A program made the position numbers and the translations under genes. The notes below the pieces were generated by a model. That model was not told the DNA's origin and ran no database searches. It worked only from the letters and a program-made list of their open reading frames with translations. A DNA stretch of 64,000 bases from a virus, in the IMG/VR virus record IMGVR_UViG_3300035670_000026, positions 85,818-149,817 of that record, one strand, 5' to 3'. Numbering within the stretch: the stretch's first letter is position 1; each line of letters opens with the position of its first letter. This document shows, one piece after another, positions 1 to 10,024 of this stretch.

Positions 1-50
1 GTACAAAAATACAAGTTCCAACCTATGTTACAAAGGCATCTAAAAAATGA
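1..50 (+). CDS. 3' end of an upstream gene (possibly a tail assembly chaperone), truncated by the window edge
   Basis: Frame 3 is open as ...TKIQVPTYVTKASKK and ends at TGA 48-50, just upstream of the tape measure gene. Function inferred from position only. Confidence 0.35.
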   Translation, partial: TKIQVPTYVTKASKK

Positions 51-58
51 TGCCTTTT
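32..58 (+). terminator. Intrinsic terminator-like hairpin
   Basis: AAAGGCATC (32-40) pairs with GATGCCTTT (49-57), with a short T run. Confidence 0.55.
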
Positions 59-59
59 A

Positions 60-68
60 ATATTTATA
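60..68 (+). promoter_or_regulatory. Putative late-type promoter motif ATATTTATA
   Basis: The same or a similar motif lies shortly before starts at 2686, 10033, 17556, 31443 (ATATGTATA), 38442, 53602 (ATATGTATT), 55093, 56672, 59916, and on the minus strand at 19195-19203. Confidence 0.55.
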
Positions 69-79
69 ACAAAAACTAA

Positions 80-2680
80 ATGGCTAAACAAAATTCTACT
101 CAAAGACTTAATGAAGAATTAGGATTTCTGAGAGACCAAATTACATCAATTGGTGCTCAGATTGGTGAAGCTATTAATGAAAGATTAGAAGAAACAGGAA
201 ATATTGTTGATAGAGTATCATCAACTATTAATAAAACAACTGCAAAAGCAGCTGTAAAATCTGTTACTGATTTAACTAAAGGTTTAGATAGTGCCCTTCA
301 AAATCAATTAAAAATAAATCAAGGTGCTCTTAAGTTATCTGATATAACTAAAGCACAACAAGGTTTAGAATCTAGAAGATTAACTTTAAAACAAAATCTT
401 CAAAACCTAGAAAATTTAGGTTTAATTACAGCTAAGGAAAGAGCAAAACAAGAACAAGAATTATCAGAAGCTTTAAATAACGAAGCTAAAATTCTTAACA
501 ATCAAGCAAAAGAATATGACACTATTAACCAAAAATTAGGTGTTACTGGTAAATTAATAGGTGGTATTTCTAAAATTCCTGTCTTAGGAAATTTAATAGA
601 TGCTGAAGAAGCTTTAGGAGCGGCTCAATTAGAAGCAGCTAAAAAAGGTTCTACATCAGCAACTGTAATGAAAAAAGCATTCAGTTCATTAGGAAGTAGT
701 TTAAAAACTAGTTTAATGGACCCTTTAACTGGTATAACATTAGTATTAGCTGGTGTTAAACAGTTATATAACATATTTAAAAAAGTTGATACCGAAACTG
801 GTAACTTTGCTAAAGAAATGGGTATATCCTATAATGAAGCAAGAGCTACCAGAAAAGAATTTGAAGATATAGCAGCTAGCTCAGGTGATGTTAATATAAC
901 AGCATCTAAATTACTTCAATCTCAATTAGAAATTAATAAAGCATTAGGAGCTAATGCTAAGGTATCAGAAGAAGATTTAAAAACATATACTCAATTAAGA
1001 GATGTTGCTGGAGTTGAACCAGAACTTTTAAATGAATCTCTTAAATTAAGTAAACTCCGTAATGTATCTTTAAAACAAGCTACAACTTCTTTATTAGGTC
1101 AATTAAAAGTTACTAAAGCACAATTAGGTATTAACTTTAGTAATAAAGAAATAATGTCTGAAGTTGCTAAAACTTCAAATGTTACTAAAATAGCATTAGG
1201 AGGTAGCACAGAAGCATTAGTAAAAGGTGTAGCACAAGCAAAAGCATTAGGTACAAGTTTAGATAAATTAGATAATTTAGCCGGTTCTTTACTTAATTTT
1301 GAAGAATCAATCTCAGCAGAATTAGAAGCTGAATTATTAACTGGTAGAGATTTAAATTTAGAAGGAGCTAGAAGAGCTGCTTTAAATAATGATTTAGTAG
1401 GATTAGGTCGTGAATTAAAAGCTCAGGGAGTTGATGCTGTTAAATTCGGTAAAATGAATAGACTTCAACAAGAGTCTATTGCTAAAGCTATGGGTATGAG
1501 CCGTGAAGAAATGGCTGACATGCTTATGGAACAACAAGCCCTTCAAACACTTGGTAAACAAAATATGGACCAAGTAAAAGAAGAGTATGAATTAGCACGT
1601 AAACAAGGTAAAGAAGCAGAATTTTTAGCTAAATTAGGTAATGATGAATTAGCATCCCAACTAAAAAATCAGTCTGTACAAGAAAGGATGGCCGTTGCTC
1701 AAGAAAAAATGCTTGCTGCTTTTGAAAAGTTATCTCCAATTATCGAATCTATTGTAACTCCAATTGCAAATGTTGCTGGAGCATTAGCATCTTCAAAACC
1801 ATTAATGGATGCTATTGTAAAAGGTGCTCTTATATTAGCTGGTATTAAATTTGCGAACTTCCTTAGTTTAGGAAAATCATTAGGAGGTATGAGTAGTATG
1901 TTTGGTGGAGGTGGTGCCGCGGGAGGTGCTGCTAAATCTTTAAGTGAAAAACAAATTGCTGCTGGTTTTGGGGGTAAAGCTGCTAAAGAAGCTCTTAAAA
2001 CAGGAGGAATGGAAGCCGCACAAGCTGCTATGAAAGGTGGTGGTGGTGGATTATTTGGTAAGATTGGAGGATTTTTTAGCAATATGAATCCTTTAAAAGC
2101 CGTTAAAGGTAAAATAGGAAAAATAGCACCAAAATTATTAAAAATTCCTTTAATAAGTACTGTATTAGAAGGTATATTTGCTGGTCAAGATATTGCTAAC
2201 CTAATTTCTGGGGGTGGTTCACTTAACGAAATATACAAAGGTATAGGTGTAAGAGGTGGTGAAGCTATTGGTGGTATTGGTGGGGCAGCTTTAGGAGCCG
2301 TAGTAGGATCACTAATCCCAGGTCCTGGTACTCTTATAGGTGGTATTTTAGGAGATGCTTTAGGAAGATGGGTAGGTGGTAGCTTAACAGAAGCATTAGG
2401 TGCTGAAGGATTTGGTAAAACAATTGCTTCAACTTTTGGATATGATAAAGACATTGAATCTGGAATTAAAGGGGGTGCGATACAAGCTGAAGATTATGTA
2501 ATTAAAACTTTACCTAAAGATACAGTAGTAGGTGCCGGTGGTACTAAATTAGGTAGAACAGATGAAATGGTAGCGTTGCTACAAGAACTTATAACTGCTG
2601 TTAAAACAGGTGGTAATGTTTATCTTGATGGTAATAAGGTTGGTACCGCAATGGGTATTAGTGCTTATAAAACTCAATAA
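80..2680 (+). CDS. Tail tape measure protein
   Basis: 866 aa, Ala/Leu/Lys-rich helical N-terminal part and Gly-rich hydrophobic C-terminal part, upstream of baseplate-like genes. Confidence 0.85.
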   Translation: MAKQNSTQRLNEELGFLRDQITSIGAQIGEAINERLEETGNIVDRVSSTINKTTAKAAVKSVTDLTKGLDSALQNQLKINQGALKLSDITKAQQGLESRRLTLKQNLQNLENLGLITAKERAKQEQELSEALNNEAKILNNQAKEYDTINQKLGVTGKLIGGISKIPVLGNLIDAEEALGAAQLEAAKKGSTSATVMKKAFSSLGSSLKTSLMDPLTGITLVLAGVKQLYNIFKKVDTETGNFAKEMGISYNEARATRKEFEDIAASSGDVNITASKLLQSQLEINKALGANAKVSEEDLKTYTQLRDVAGVEPELLNESLKLSKLRNVSLKQATTSLLGQLKVTKAQLGINFSNKEIMSEVAKTSNVTKIALGGSTEALVKGVAQAKALGTSLDKLDNLAGSLLNFEESISAELEAELLTGRDLNLEGARRAALNNDLVGLGRELKAQGVDAVKFGKMNRLQQESIAKAMGMSREEMADMLMEQQALQTLGKQNMDQVKEEYELARKQGKEAEFLAKLGNDELASQLKNQSVQERMAVAQEKMLAAFEKLSPIIESIVTPIANVAGALASSKPLMDAIVKGALILAGIKFANFLSLGKSLGGMSSMFGGGGAAGGAAKSLSEKQIAAGFGGKAAKEALKTGGMEAAQAAMKGGGGGLFGKIGGFFSNMNPLKAVKGKIGKIAPKLLKIPLISTVLEGIFAGQDIANLISGGGSLNEIYKGIGVRGGEAIGGIGGAALGAVVGSLIPGPGTLIGGILGDALGRWVGGSLTEALGAEGFGKTIASTFGYDKDIESGIKGGAIQAEDYVIKTLPKDTVVGAGGTKLGRTDEMVALLQELITAVKTGGNVYLDGNKVGTAMGISAYKTQ

Positions 2681-2709
2681 TTTTAATATTTATAATAAAA
2701 AATACAACT

Positions 2710-2952
2710 ATGGGACTATTAGATTTACTTAAAAAAGGATCTGTATTAACTGATTTAGATGGTAAAACCCCAAAATCATATGATGGTGTAACTCAATATG
2801 AAAAAGGTTTAGCAACATCTCAATTAGATTTAGATGGTAAAACACCTCTTGCATACGACAGACTCACTCAATACCAGAAAAGTTTAGCTGCATCTCAATT
2901 AGATTTAGACGGTACAACTCCTGAAAAATATTTGGATAACTTACCTGGGTAA
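2710..2952 (+). CDS. Small virion-associated repeat protein
   Basis: 80 aa with three 25-aa repeats DLDG(K/T)TPxxY. Preceded by ATATTTATA; its stop overlaps the next start. Confidence 0.7.
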   Translation: MGLLDLLKKGSVLTDLDGKTPKSYDGVTQYEKGLATSQLDLDGKTPLAYDRLTQYQKSLAASQLDLDGTTPEKYLDNLPG

Positions 2953-4916
2953 TGCCTTTAATCGATTTAAAGACTGACTTAAAGTCCCTGCGATATGGGA
3001 AGGATACTCTTGGAGGAGGGTATAGTGGACAACCCTATATTCAAACTCCAATTCCTGATGGCTTTAATGATTTAGGACCACGTGAAGATTTTATTTTAAG
3101 GGGAGGTGTAAACGCAATAGAAGATTCTCTTACTGACGTTAAACGCTTAACTAAAATGTTTATAGACACTAAATCACCAAATGGTTTATTGTTTATAGCA
3201 AAGCAACAGCTATTATCTCGTACAGCAGTTCGTACTCAAACAAGTGGTATTTTAAATGAAGGTATTTATTCCCCATTAAATACATTAGCTCAAGCCGGTG
3301 TTATAGCGTTTGGTACACATTTAAATAAACAAGGTATAAATCCGTTTGCCCAAACGGGAGCATATGCTAACAACAATTCTTTATACGGTACTAGAGTTAA
3401 ATCTACTCAACCTAATATTGAAAACAGATTAGTTAAATTATATAATGCTGTATCTGGTTCTACAATAGGTAATGACAATGGTATAAAACTAAATGATGGT
3501 CAAAATGTTATAGTTTATACAGGAGGCCCTGGTTCTATTTTAGGAATAGGAAATACTGGTATAAGATATGTTGATAATATTAACAGAACAGGTTTAAATA
3601 ATTATCAAGCTAAATCCCCTACATTAAAACCTTATTTTGAAGGTAAAGCTCCAAAAATTGTAACTCCTGGAGATTATTTAAAAACTATAGGAGATGCTAT
3701 AAGTGATAAAGGTGTTTCTGGAAAATATTTAAGATTAACAGGAGATCGTTTAATTAATGCTTTTAATAGTGAAGGTAAACCTGTAGATGACTATTTTCAT
3801 AATGTATATGAACCTGCTACTGAAGGTAATACATGGCCTGTAAATACTCCTTTAATTTACGCTAATAATACCTTTACTTATAATCAAGAAGATATTATAT
3901 CTACTGAAAATAATGTAGGTAAATTAGACGGTAGTCCAAGAACTCAAGATTTTAGAGCTATTTTAAGAACTAAATTACAAGGTACTCAAAAGACTAAAGC
4001 AGAACAAACAGGCGCTACACCCGATGCTCCTAATTACAATACAAAAAACATAGAAAATAGAGTATTATTAGGAGACCCAGGTCAACGCTCAGGAAAAAGC
4101 TATGTTAATTATGAAAAAGGAGTTCAAACAATAAATGGATCTTCTATTTATTCTTCAATAGACATTGCTGGAATAGGATCATACCAACCAGGATTAGATA
4201 AAATTACATCTATTCCTGTATATAGAAGTGAAAATGTAGCTTCTGAAAAATATGTAAATGATTTAGTTAAATTTAGAATTGCTATTATAGATAATGATTC
4301 TCCTAATTTTAAAACATTCATACATTTTAGAGCATTTTTAGATTCAATGTCAGATTCTTACTCATCTACATGGAATGGATTTAATTATTTAGGAAGAGGT
4401 GAACAATTTTACACTTATGGTGGGTTTACTCGACAAATGTCATTATCTTGGACAGTTGTTGCTCAGTCAAAGCAAGAACTTATTCCAATGTATAAAAAAT
4501 TAAATTATCTTGCCTCATCACTTACCCCAGATTATAGTCCAAATGGGTATATGAGAGGTAATTTAGTACAATTAACAATAGGTGGTTATGTTTATGAACA
4601 ACCTGGTTTTATAACTGCTTTAACATATGATGTACCAAGTGAATCACCTTGGGAAATTGGTTTAGGTTCTAGTGAAGCTGGAAATGAGGATTCCTCAGTT
4701 AAGGAATTACCACACATGATTAAAGTAACAGGATTTAGCTTTACCCCAATCCAAAGATTTATCCCAAGACTTCAAAATAATACTTACGCATTTAATAATA
4801 ACACAACAGGAAGTGTTGAAGATGATTTTGGATTTGTAAGTACCTATGGTCCTGAAAGATATATTGCTCTAGCTAATGGTGCAAATACTGTAAATAATAA
4901 TTATGATAGTAATTAA
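2952..4916 (+). CDS. Putative baseplate / tail tube initiator protein
   Basis: 654 aa. C-terminal FRAFLDSMSDSYSSTW..YLGRGE..Y.GFTR pattern resembles tube-initiator proteins; follows the tape measure gene. Confidence 0.55.
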   Translation: MPLIDLKTDLKSLRYGKDTLGGGYSGQPYIQTPIPDGFNDLGPREDFILRGGVNAIEDSLTDVKRLTKMFIDTKSPNGLLFIAKQQLLSRTAVRTQTSGILNEGIYSPLNTLAQAGVIAFGTHLNKQGINPFAQTGAYANNNSLYGTRVKSTQPNIENRLVKLYNAVSGSTIGNDNGIKLNDGQNVIVYTGGPGSILGIGNTGIRYVDNINRTGLNNYQAKSPTLKPYFEGKAPKIVTPGDYLKTIGDAISDKGVSGKYLRLTGDRLINAFNSEGKPVDDYFHNVYEPATEGNTWPVNTPLIYANNTFTYNQEDIISTENNVGKLDGSPRTQDFRAILRTKLQGTQKTKAEQTGATPDAPNYNTKNIENRVLLGDPGQRSGKSYVNYEKGVQTINGSSIYSSIDIAGIGSYQPGLDKITSIPVYRSENVASEKYVNDLVKFRIAIIDNDSPNFKTFIHFRAFLDSMSDSYSSTWNGFNYLGRGEQFYTYGGFTRQMSLSWTVVAQSKQELIPMYKKLNYLASSLTPDYSPNGYMRGNLVQLTIGGYVYEQPGFITALTYDVPSESPWEIGLGSSEAGNEDSSVKELPHMIKVTGFSFTPIQRFIPRLQNNTYAFNNNTTGSVEDDFGFVSTYGPERYIALANGANTVNNNYDSN

Positions 4917-5215
4917 TGAACAGATATCAAAACATACCGAAAACAAAAATTGAAGGAAATTTAGTATATCAAACATCAAGATATCCTGAGGTACCTTTAT
5001 CATCAAATGATATCTATGTTTATACTACTATAGGTGATAGGTTTGATACTTTATCTCAACAATATTATGGTAATAGTTCTTTGTGGTGGGTTATTTCAAT
5101 TGCTAATACTGATAAAGTAAACCAAAGTACTTTAATAATTCCTGAAGGATTACAAATACGAATCCCAGCAAATTATTCTATCATTGTTCAAGATTTTAAT
5201 ATAATAAACGCTTAA
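4916..5215 (+). CDS. LysM-like baseplate wedge protein (P2 gpX / T4 gp53-like)
   Basis: GDRFDTLSQQYYGNSSLWWVISIAN...G.QIRIP signature. Confidence 0.8.
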   Translation: MNRYQNIPKTKIEGNLVYQTSRYPEVPLSSNDIYVYTTIGDRFDTLSQQYYGNSSLWWVISIANTDKVNQSTLIIPEGLQIRIPANYSIIVQDFNIINA

Positions 5216-5216
5216 T

Positions 5217-8066
5217 ATGGCTAACATAGTAGGGGAAGGTTTTAATCCAATAATTATAAGTCAAATAAAACAACGACAAAAAATCTATGGTGCTAGTGAT
5301 AGAGATAATCAAATATTATCTTTTTTACAAGCTCGAACAGGTTGGTGTAAGATGGTTTCATCTGTTGATGTAACATCTCCAGTTAGAGGAATACCTTATA
5401 GTGGAACTGAATTAGCTTCAAGATTTGTTTTATTTAATGGAACTACAAATGAATCACCTACTAGAGGAGCCCAAGAAACTTATCAAAGAGGTGGTATATG
5501 GCCTGGTGTAGGAGATTTTAATAATTATGCTTATGGTATGGGAGGTACAGCATTTGGTTTAAATCCAATGCCTGGTATTACTCAAGCTACTATCAAAACC
5601 GAAACTAGAGGTTCATTAAAAACAGCTACTATTAATATTAGAGCAAATAATAGAAATCAATTTGATATTATTGATGTTTTATATTTGCGTTTAGGATATT
5701 CAATGTTATTAGAATGGGGTAATAGTTCATATTATGATAATAATAATGTTTATATAACTGATAATCCTCATAGTTTAGCAGATGATTTTTTAACTGGTAA
5801 AGTAAAATACAATAATTATTATTCTAAAATATCTTCTAAAATAGAAGCATCTTGTGGAAACTACGATGCTATTATAGGAAAAGTAGTTAATTTTACTTGG
5901 ACATTTACAAAAGAAGGAACTTATGATATTACTGTAACTTTAAGAAGTTTAGGTGATGTTATAGAATCATTAAAAACAAATGCTCTTTTACCTGGTGGCA
6001 CCTCAGAAAATACATCAGGCACCTCAGGTACAGCAGGTACATCAGGTACTGCGGGGGTTGCCGGTCCTCCACCTGAACCAACCCCAGAAGATGTAATTAA
6101 ATCTTTTGCAAATGTACATCAAATAGGAAAAAAACTTTACAACTTACAACAAAAACTTCAACCTTTAGGAGCAACTGAAGCTGGTATTTCTAGATTAACA
6201 GGAACTAATTCTTCGGATACTATTGCTTTTAGACAACAATATGAAGGAAGCCCAGCTCAATATTATGTTAGATTAGGATATTTCTTAGAATATATTCAAA
6301 ATACTATCCTTCCATATATTGATACTCCTGATGTTCCTATTCAAAAAATAGATACTAATGTAGAGTCTAATATTATTTATTTAATGGCTCGCCAAATTAG
6401 TACTAATCCTGGAATTTGTATTTTTAATAAAGTTTTTGATACTCCTAATGGATTTATAGAGTTTGCAGCAGGAACAAATAATTTTATAGTTTCAGCACCC
6501 AACGGTAAAAATCAATATGGTAAGATAATGAATGCATATTTTAATATGCAATATATTCTTACTCAAATGGATTCATTAAAAAATGAAGATGGTAAAGTTC
6601 CATTGTATGATTTATTAAATTGTTTATGTCAAGGATGGAATAATGCAACTGGTAATTTTAATAAATTAGAACCTACTGTTGATGCAGACGAAAGTATTAT
6701 TAGATTTACAGATGAAGTTGTCCTCCCAGATAGAGATTCATGGTTAGGAAAACAAGGAAAATCAACAGAATTAGCTTCATTTGATGTTTATGGATATTAT
6801 TATGGGAAAGGTGATGATGGATATCTTAAAGGCCAATCCCATGCTGGTTTTATTAGAGATTTAAGTTTTAATACTACAATTCCACCTAATTTAGCAACTA
6901 TGATTACTATAGGTGCTACCTCAAATGGATATGTAGTAGGACAAGATTCAACAGCTTTATCTCGTATGAATGCTGGTTTAGATGATAGATTTAAAAAAAC
7001 TATTAAAACACACCAAGATACTAATACAACTGGAAGTGGTTCAATTAATGAAAATTATAAAGGTGCCCTAGAAGCATTTCAAGTATTTGCTCGTGATTTA
7101 GGTTCTTATAAAGGTACTGTAAAACCAAAATGGAACCAAGAAGCAATTACTAATTTTACTAATACTGCCGTTACATTTTACGAATATGATCAAGCTAAAC
7201 AATCATTAGAAGCTGCTGGATTAACTTCTGAAGAAGCTTCAGTATCAGCTCAGAAAAATGATTTTTCAATTTTGTCTACAAAACCTGCTTCTCCAAACAT
7301 TGGATTTTTACCATTTGATTTACAATTAACAATGGATGGACTTTCAGGAATGAAAGTTTACCAAAAATATGTAGCAGATTCTAGTTTTTTACCTTCAAAC
7401 TATCCCACATCATTAGAATTTTTAATTAAAGGTATAACTAATAATATTCAAAATAATGAATGGACTACTACTTTAGAATCAATTGCTGTACCTAAAAATC
7501 CATTTGGTTCTTCAATTGCTAAAGGTACTGTAGCAGCCGGTTCTGCAAGAGATACAAGTAGAGGTGCTGCTCCTACACCAACCGAATCTACACCAAACGC
7601 TGATAGATTAAGAACAATCTTAGCAAGTTTAGGGTACCGTGAAAAAGGTAGAGAATTATCTAACGGTGGAGATATTTCAAATGATCTAGTAAATTATGCT
7701 GCTTCAGTATTTAGAGAAATTAAAAAACAATTTCCAAGTTTAATAATTACAGTAACTGGAGGTAATGATGCTTATCACCAAAGATTATCTTATAAATCAT
7801 CTCATACCTTAGGCCAAGGATTAGATTTTGTAATTTCTCCCCTAACAACAGCTAATAAAAATGCTGTTGATAAAATATTAGGTGGATTTGCAGCCGGTAA
7901 CCAAAATAAAGTTGTTAGCTTTATTAATGAGTACGATTATCCATCATCAGCTGCAACTGCCGGTCATTTCCATATTAGAATAGGTGGTAAAATTGAAAGT
8001 AAAAGAATTGCTACATTTATAGCTCAAGCCGATAAAGGTCAATTAACAACATATCCAATAGTATAA
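5217..8066 (+). CDS. Baseplate hub protein with C-terminal LAS-type (M15-like) metallopeptidase domain
   Basis: 949 aa. N-terminal LLEWG and NFTW..DGTYDI hub-like motifs; C-terminal H-x6-D (HTLGQGLD) and HFH; internal SGT/AGT repeat. Confidence 0.65.
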   Translation: MANIVGEGFNPIIISQIKQRQKIYGASDRDNQILSFLQARTGWCKMVSSVDVTSPVRGIPYSGTELASRFVLFNGTTNESPTRGAQETYQRGGIWPGVGDFNNYAYGMGGTAFGLNPMPGITQATIKTETRGSLKTATINIRANNRNQFDIIDVLYLRLGYSMLLEWGNSSYYDNNNVYITDNPHSLADDFLTGKVKYNNYYSKISSKIEASCGNYDAIIGKVVNFTWTFTKEGTYDITVTLRSLGDVIESLKTNALLPGGTSENTSGTSGTAGTSGTAGVAGPPPEPTPEDVIKSFANVHQIGKKLYNLQQKLQPLGATEAGISRLTGTNSSDTIAFRQQYEGSPAQYYVRLGYFLEYIQNTILPYIDTPDVPIQKIDTNVESNIIYLMARQISTNPGICIFNKVFDTPNGFIEFAAGTNNFIVSAPNGKNQYGKIMNAYFNMQYILTQMDSLKNEDGKVPLYDLLNCLCQGWNNATGNFNKLEPTVDADESIIRFTDEVVLPDRDSWLGKQGKSTELASFDVYGYYYGKGDDGYLKGQSHAGFIRDLSFNTTIPPNLATMITIGATSNGYVVGQDSTALSRMNAGLDDRFKKTIKTHQDTNTTGSGSINENYKGALEAFQVFARDLGSYKGTVKPKWNQEAITNFTNTAVTFYEYDQAKQSLEAAGLTSEEASVSAQKNDFSILSTKPASPNIGFLPFDLQLTMDGLSGMKVYQKYVADSSFLPSNYPTSLEFLIKGITNNIQNNEWTTTLESIAVPKNPFGSSIAKGTVAAGSARDTSRGAAPTPTESTPNADRLRTILASLGYREKGRELSNGGDISNDLVNYAASVFREIKKQFPSLIITVTGGNDAYHQRLSYKSSHTLGQGLDFVISPLTTANKNAVDKILGGFAAGNQNKVVSFINEYDYPSSAATAGHFHIRIGGKIESKRIATFIAQADKGQLTTYPIV
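6012..6065 (+). repeat. 9-nt period coding repeat (TSG/TAG tripeptides)
   Basis: Encodes TSGTSGTAGTSGTAGVAG within the hub protein. Confidence 0.8.
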
Positions 8067-8067
8067 A

Positions 8068-8730
8068 ATGTATTATCCTAAATCTCAAATAAAGACTAAT
8101 TTATACACTAATGGGGATGAGTATGTTATTGAATTAACCCAAACCCCCTATACAGGATATTATTACTTAACAAGTACAGGAAGAGCATTTACTGGAAGAA
8201 CACCTGATGATAGACCAAATCAAGAATTAATTAAAGTTGAACCGGTAACAAAAGATGAAGGTGATTCTTCAACAGTAATAAGACCCTCAACAGCTACTAT
8301 TTTTTCATCTCATAATCCGGGAGCAATAGATGCAGTTACTTCTTTAGATTATAATTCGGCTTTAAATTATGCCCAATTAAAAAATATAAACGTATATAAT
8401 CCTCCAATTAAAATTTTACCTTATTATTCTCCAACCCAACCAACCCAACAAGATTATCAAAATGGAGAATTTCAAAGATATTTTTGTAAACAAACAAATC
8501 AAATTTCATATATTGAGATTAATCAAGAACAATTTGACAAATTAGTTGCTCAAGATCCTCAAATTGAATTTTCTCTTTATCAACCATTTACTATAACTTG
8601 GATATTAACTGGAGATAAAGAACAAGTTACTCGTAATAATAAAAATATAGTTGAGTTAGCTATTTTTAGACAAAAACTACCTAAATTTGGAGATTACCTA
8701 AAATTTGATTATATTAAATACTATCAATAA
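8068..8730 (+). CDS. Conserved hypothetical virion/baseplate-region protein
   Basis: 220 aa, closely follows the hub gene; YTNG.EY..Y.GYY and P..QDY.NG...RYF motifs. Confidence 0.6.
   Translation: MYYPKSQIKTNLYTNGDEYVIELTQTPYTGYYYLTSTGRAFTGRTPDDRPNQELIKVEPVTKDEGDSSTVIRPSTATIFSSHNPGAIDAVTSLDYNSALNYAQLKNINVYNPPIKILPYYSPTQPTQQDYQNGEFQRYFCKQTNQISYIEINQEQFDKLVAQDPQIEFSLYQPFTITWILTGDKEQVTRNNKNIVELAIFRQKLPKFGDYLKFDYIKYYQ
8686..8715 (+). promoter_or_regulatory. Host-type (Bacteroidota -33/-7) promoter
   Basis: TTTGG-N15-TGATTATATT upstream of the PolA-like gene. Confidence 0.6.
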
Positions 8731-8743
8731 ATGGTTATAATAA

Positions 8744-10024
8744 ATGTTTTGGTTAATCGAGACTCAATCTCAAATTGAGTATTTAATAAATAGGCAATAC
8801 AAAGAGGTATTTATAGAAATAGTACCTCATCATGATAAAGTACATCCTGCTTTAAATGATGTATCCTTAGTGTATTTTAGACCGTCTATAGAAACAAAAG
8901 GGTTTATGTTATGTATTGACCATAGCGAGACTTTAAGTATTAATAAGACACTAGTAAACACACTATTACAAGAAATAGAACAATTATGGGTGCGTGATAA
9001 GAAAAATGCATTATACTATTTTCAAATTAAGAGCTTGCTCGATATAAACATACTTACGAATCCGTATATACCAGAACAAACTCCAACTCATACATATTTT
9101 TATAACAAATACCCGGATAACAAAGAAATTAACAAAATTATTCCGGTAGTTAAACATTATGAGGTATGTGAGAATATTTATAATAAAGTAAAACCTCATT
9201 TTACAACGGATTTACCCTCGTATTTTGATTTTTACAACAACAAAACCACACTCGCATTCTTTGGAATCGAAAAAAATGGAGTAAATATAGATGAAACAAT
9301 TTTTGAACAACATTTTAAACCTACAAAAGATTTCTACTCTATTAGTAACGGACGGGTTTATACAAATTACAACCTTTCTACAACTACACGTAGACCAAGT
9401 AACTCTTTTAATGGCATTAATTTTGCCGCACTAAATAAGGATAATGGCGCAAGGGGGAGCTTCATATCGAGTCATGAGTTTGTGGAGCTTGATATTAGTG
9501 CATATCATCCTCATCTCGCTAGTCGCTTGGTTGCCTATGATTTTGGCGGTGTCGATGTCCACCAAGCGTTCGCAGATCTCTACGGTACGAGCTACAAAGA
9601 AGCCAAAGAACTCACGTTTAAGCAACTATACGGAGGCGTATTTAAAGAGTATGAGCACCTTGAATTTTTTCAACAAATAAAGAAATTTATTGATAATAAC
9701 TGGAAAGAGTTTAATAACTCGGGTCAAGTTATCGTGCCGAACTCAAGTTATTGCTTTAAAAAAAGCGAGCTGGATAATATGAATCCACAAAAGCTATTTA
9801 ATTATATTTTACAAAACTTGGAGACATCAACAAACGTTTGTATCTTAATGGAAATACATAAATTGTTAAGAGGTAAAAATACTAAGTTAGTATTATATAC
9901 GTATGATAGTTTTTTATTCGATTACGATGCAGAAGAAAATTTAATGAATGATATAGAAAATGTATTTAAAAATAAAGGTTTACAAATAAAGGTTAAAAAT
10001 GGAAACAGTTACGATTTTGAATAG
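8744..10024 (+). CDS. Small divergent family A DNA polymerase-like protein
   Basis: TTTRRPSN; motif A ELDISAYHP; motif B AKELTFKQLYGG; motif C YTYDSFLFD; only 426 aa. Confidence 0.75.
   Translation: MFWLIETQSQIEYLINRQYKEVFIEIVPHHDKVHPALNDVSLVYFRPSIETKGFMLCIDHSETLSINKTLVNTLLQEIEQLWVRDKKNALYYFQIKSLLDINILTNPYIPEQTPTHTYFYNKYPDNKEINKIIPVVKHYEVCENIYNKVKPHFTTDLPSYFDFYNNKTTLAFFGIEKNGVNIDETIFEQHFKPTKDFYSISNGRVYTNYNLSTTTRRPSNSFNGINFAALNKDNGARGSFISSHEFVELDISAYHPHLASRLVAYDFGGVDVHQAFADLYGTSYKEAKELTFKQLYGGVFKEYEHLEFFQQIKKFIDNNWKEFNNSGQVIVPNSSYCFKKSELDNMNPQKLFNYILQNLETSTNVCILMEIHKLLRGKNTKLVLYTYDSFLFDYDAEENLMNDIENVFKNKGLQIKVKNGNSYDFE

Noticed and set aside
1699-2454. Minus-strand ORFs 1699-2082 and 2185-2454
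   Set aside because: Antisense shadows of the Gly-rich tape measure region; Pro-rich with no start context.
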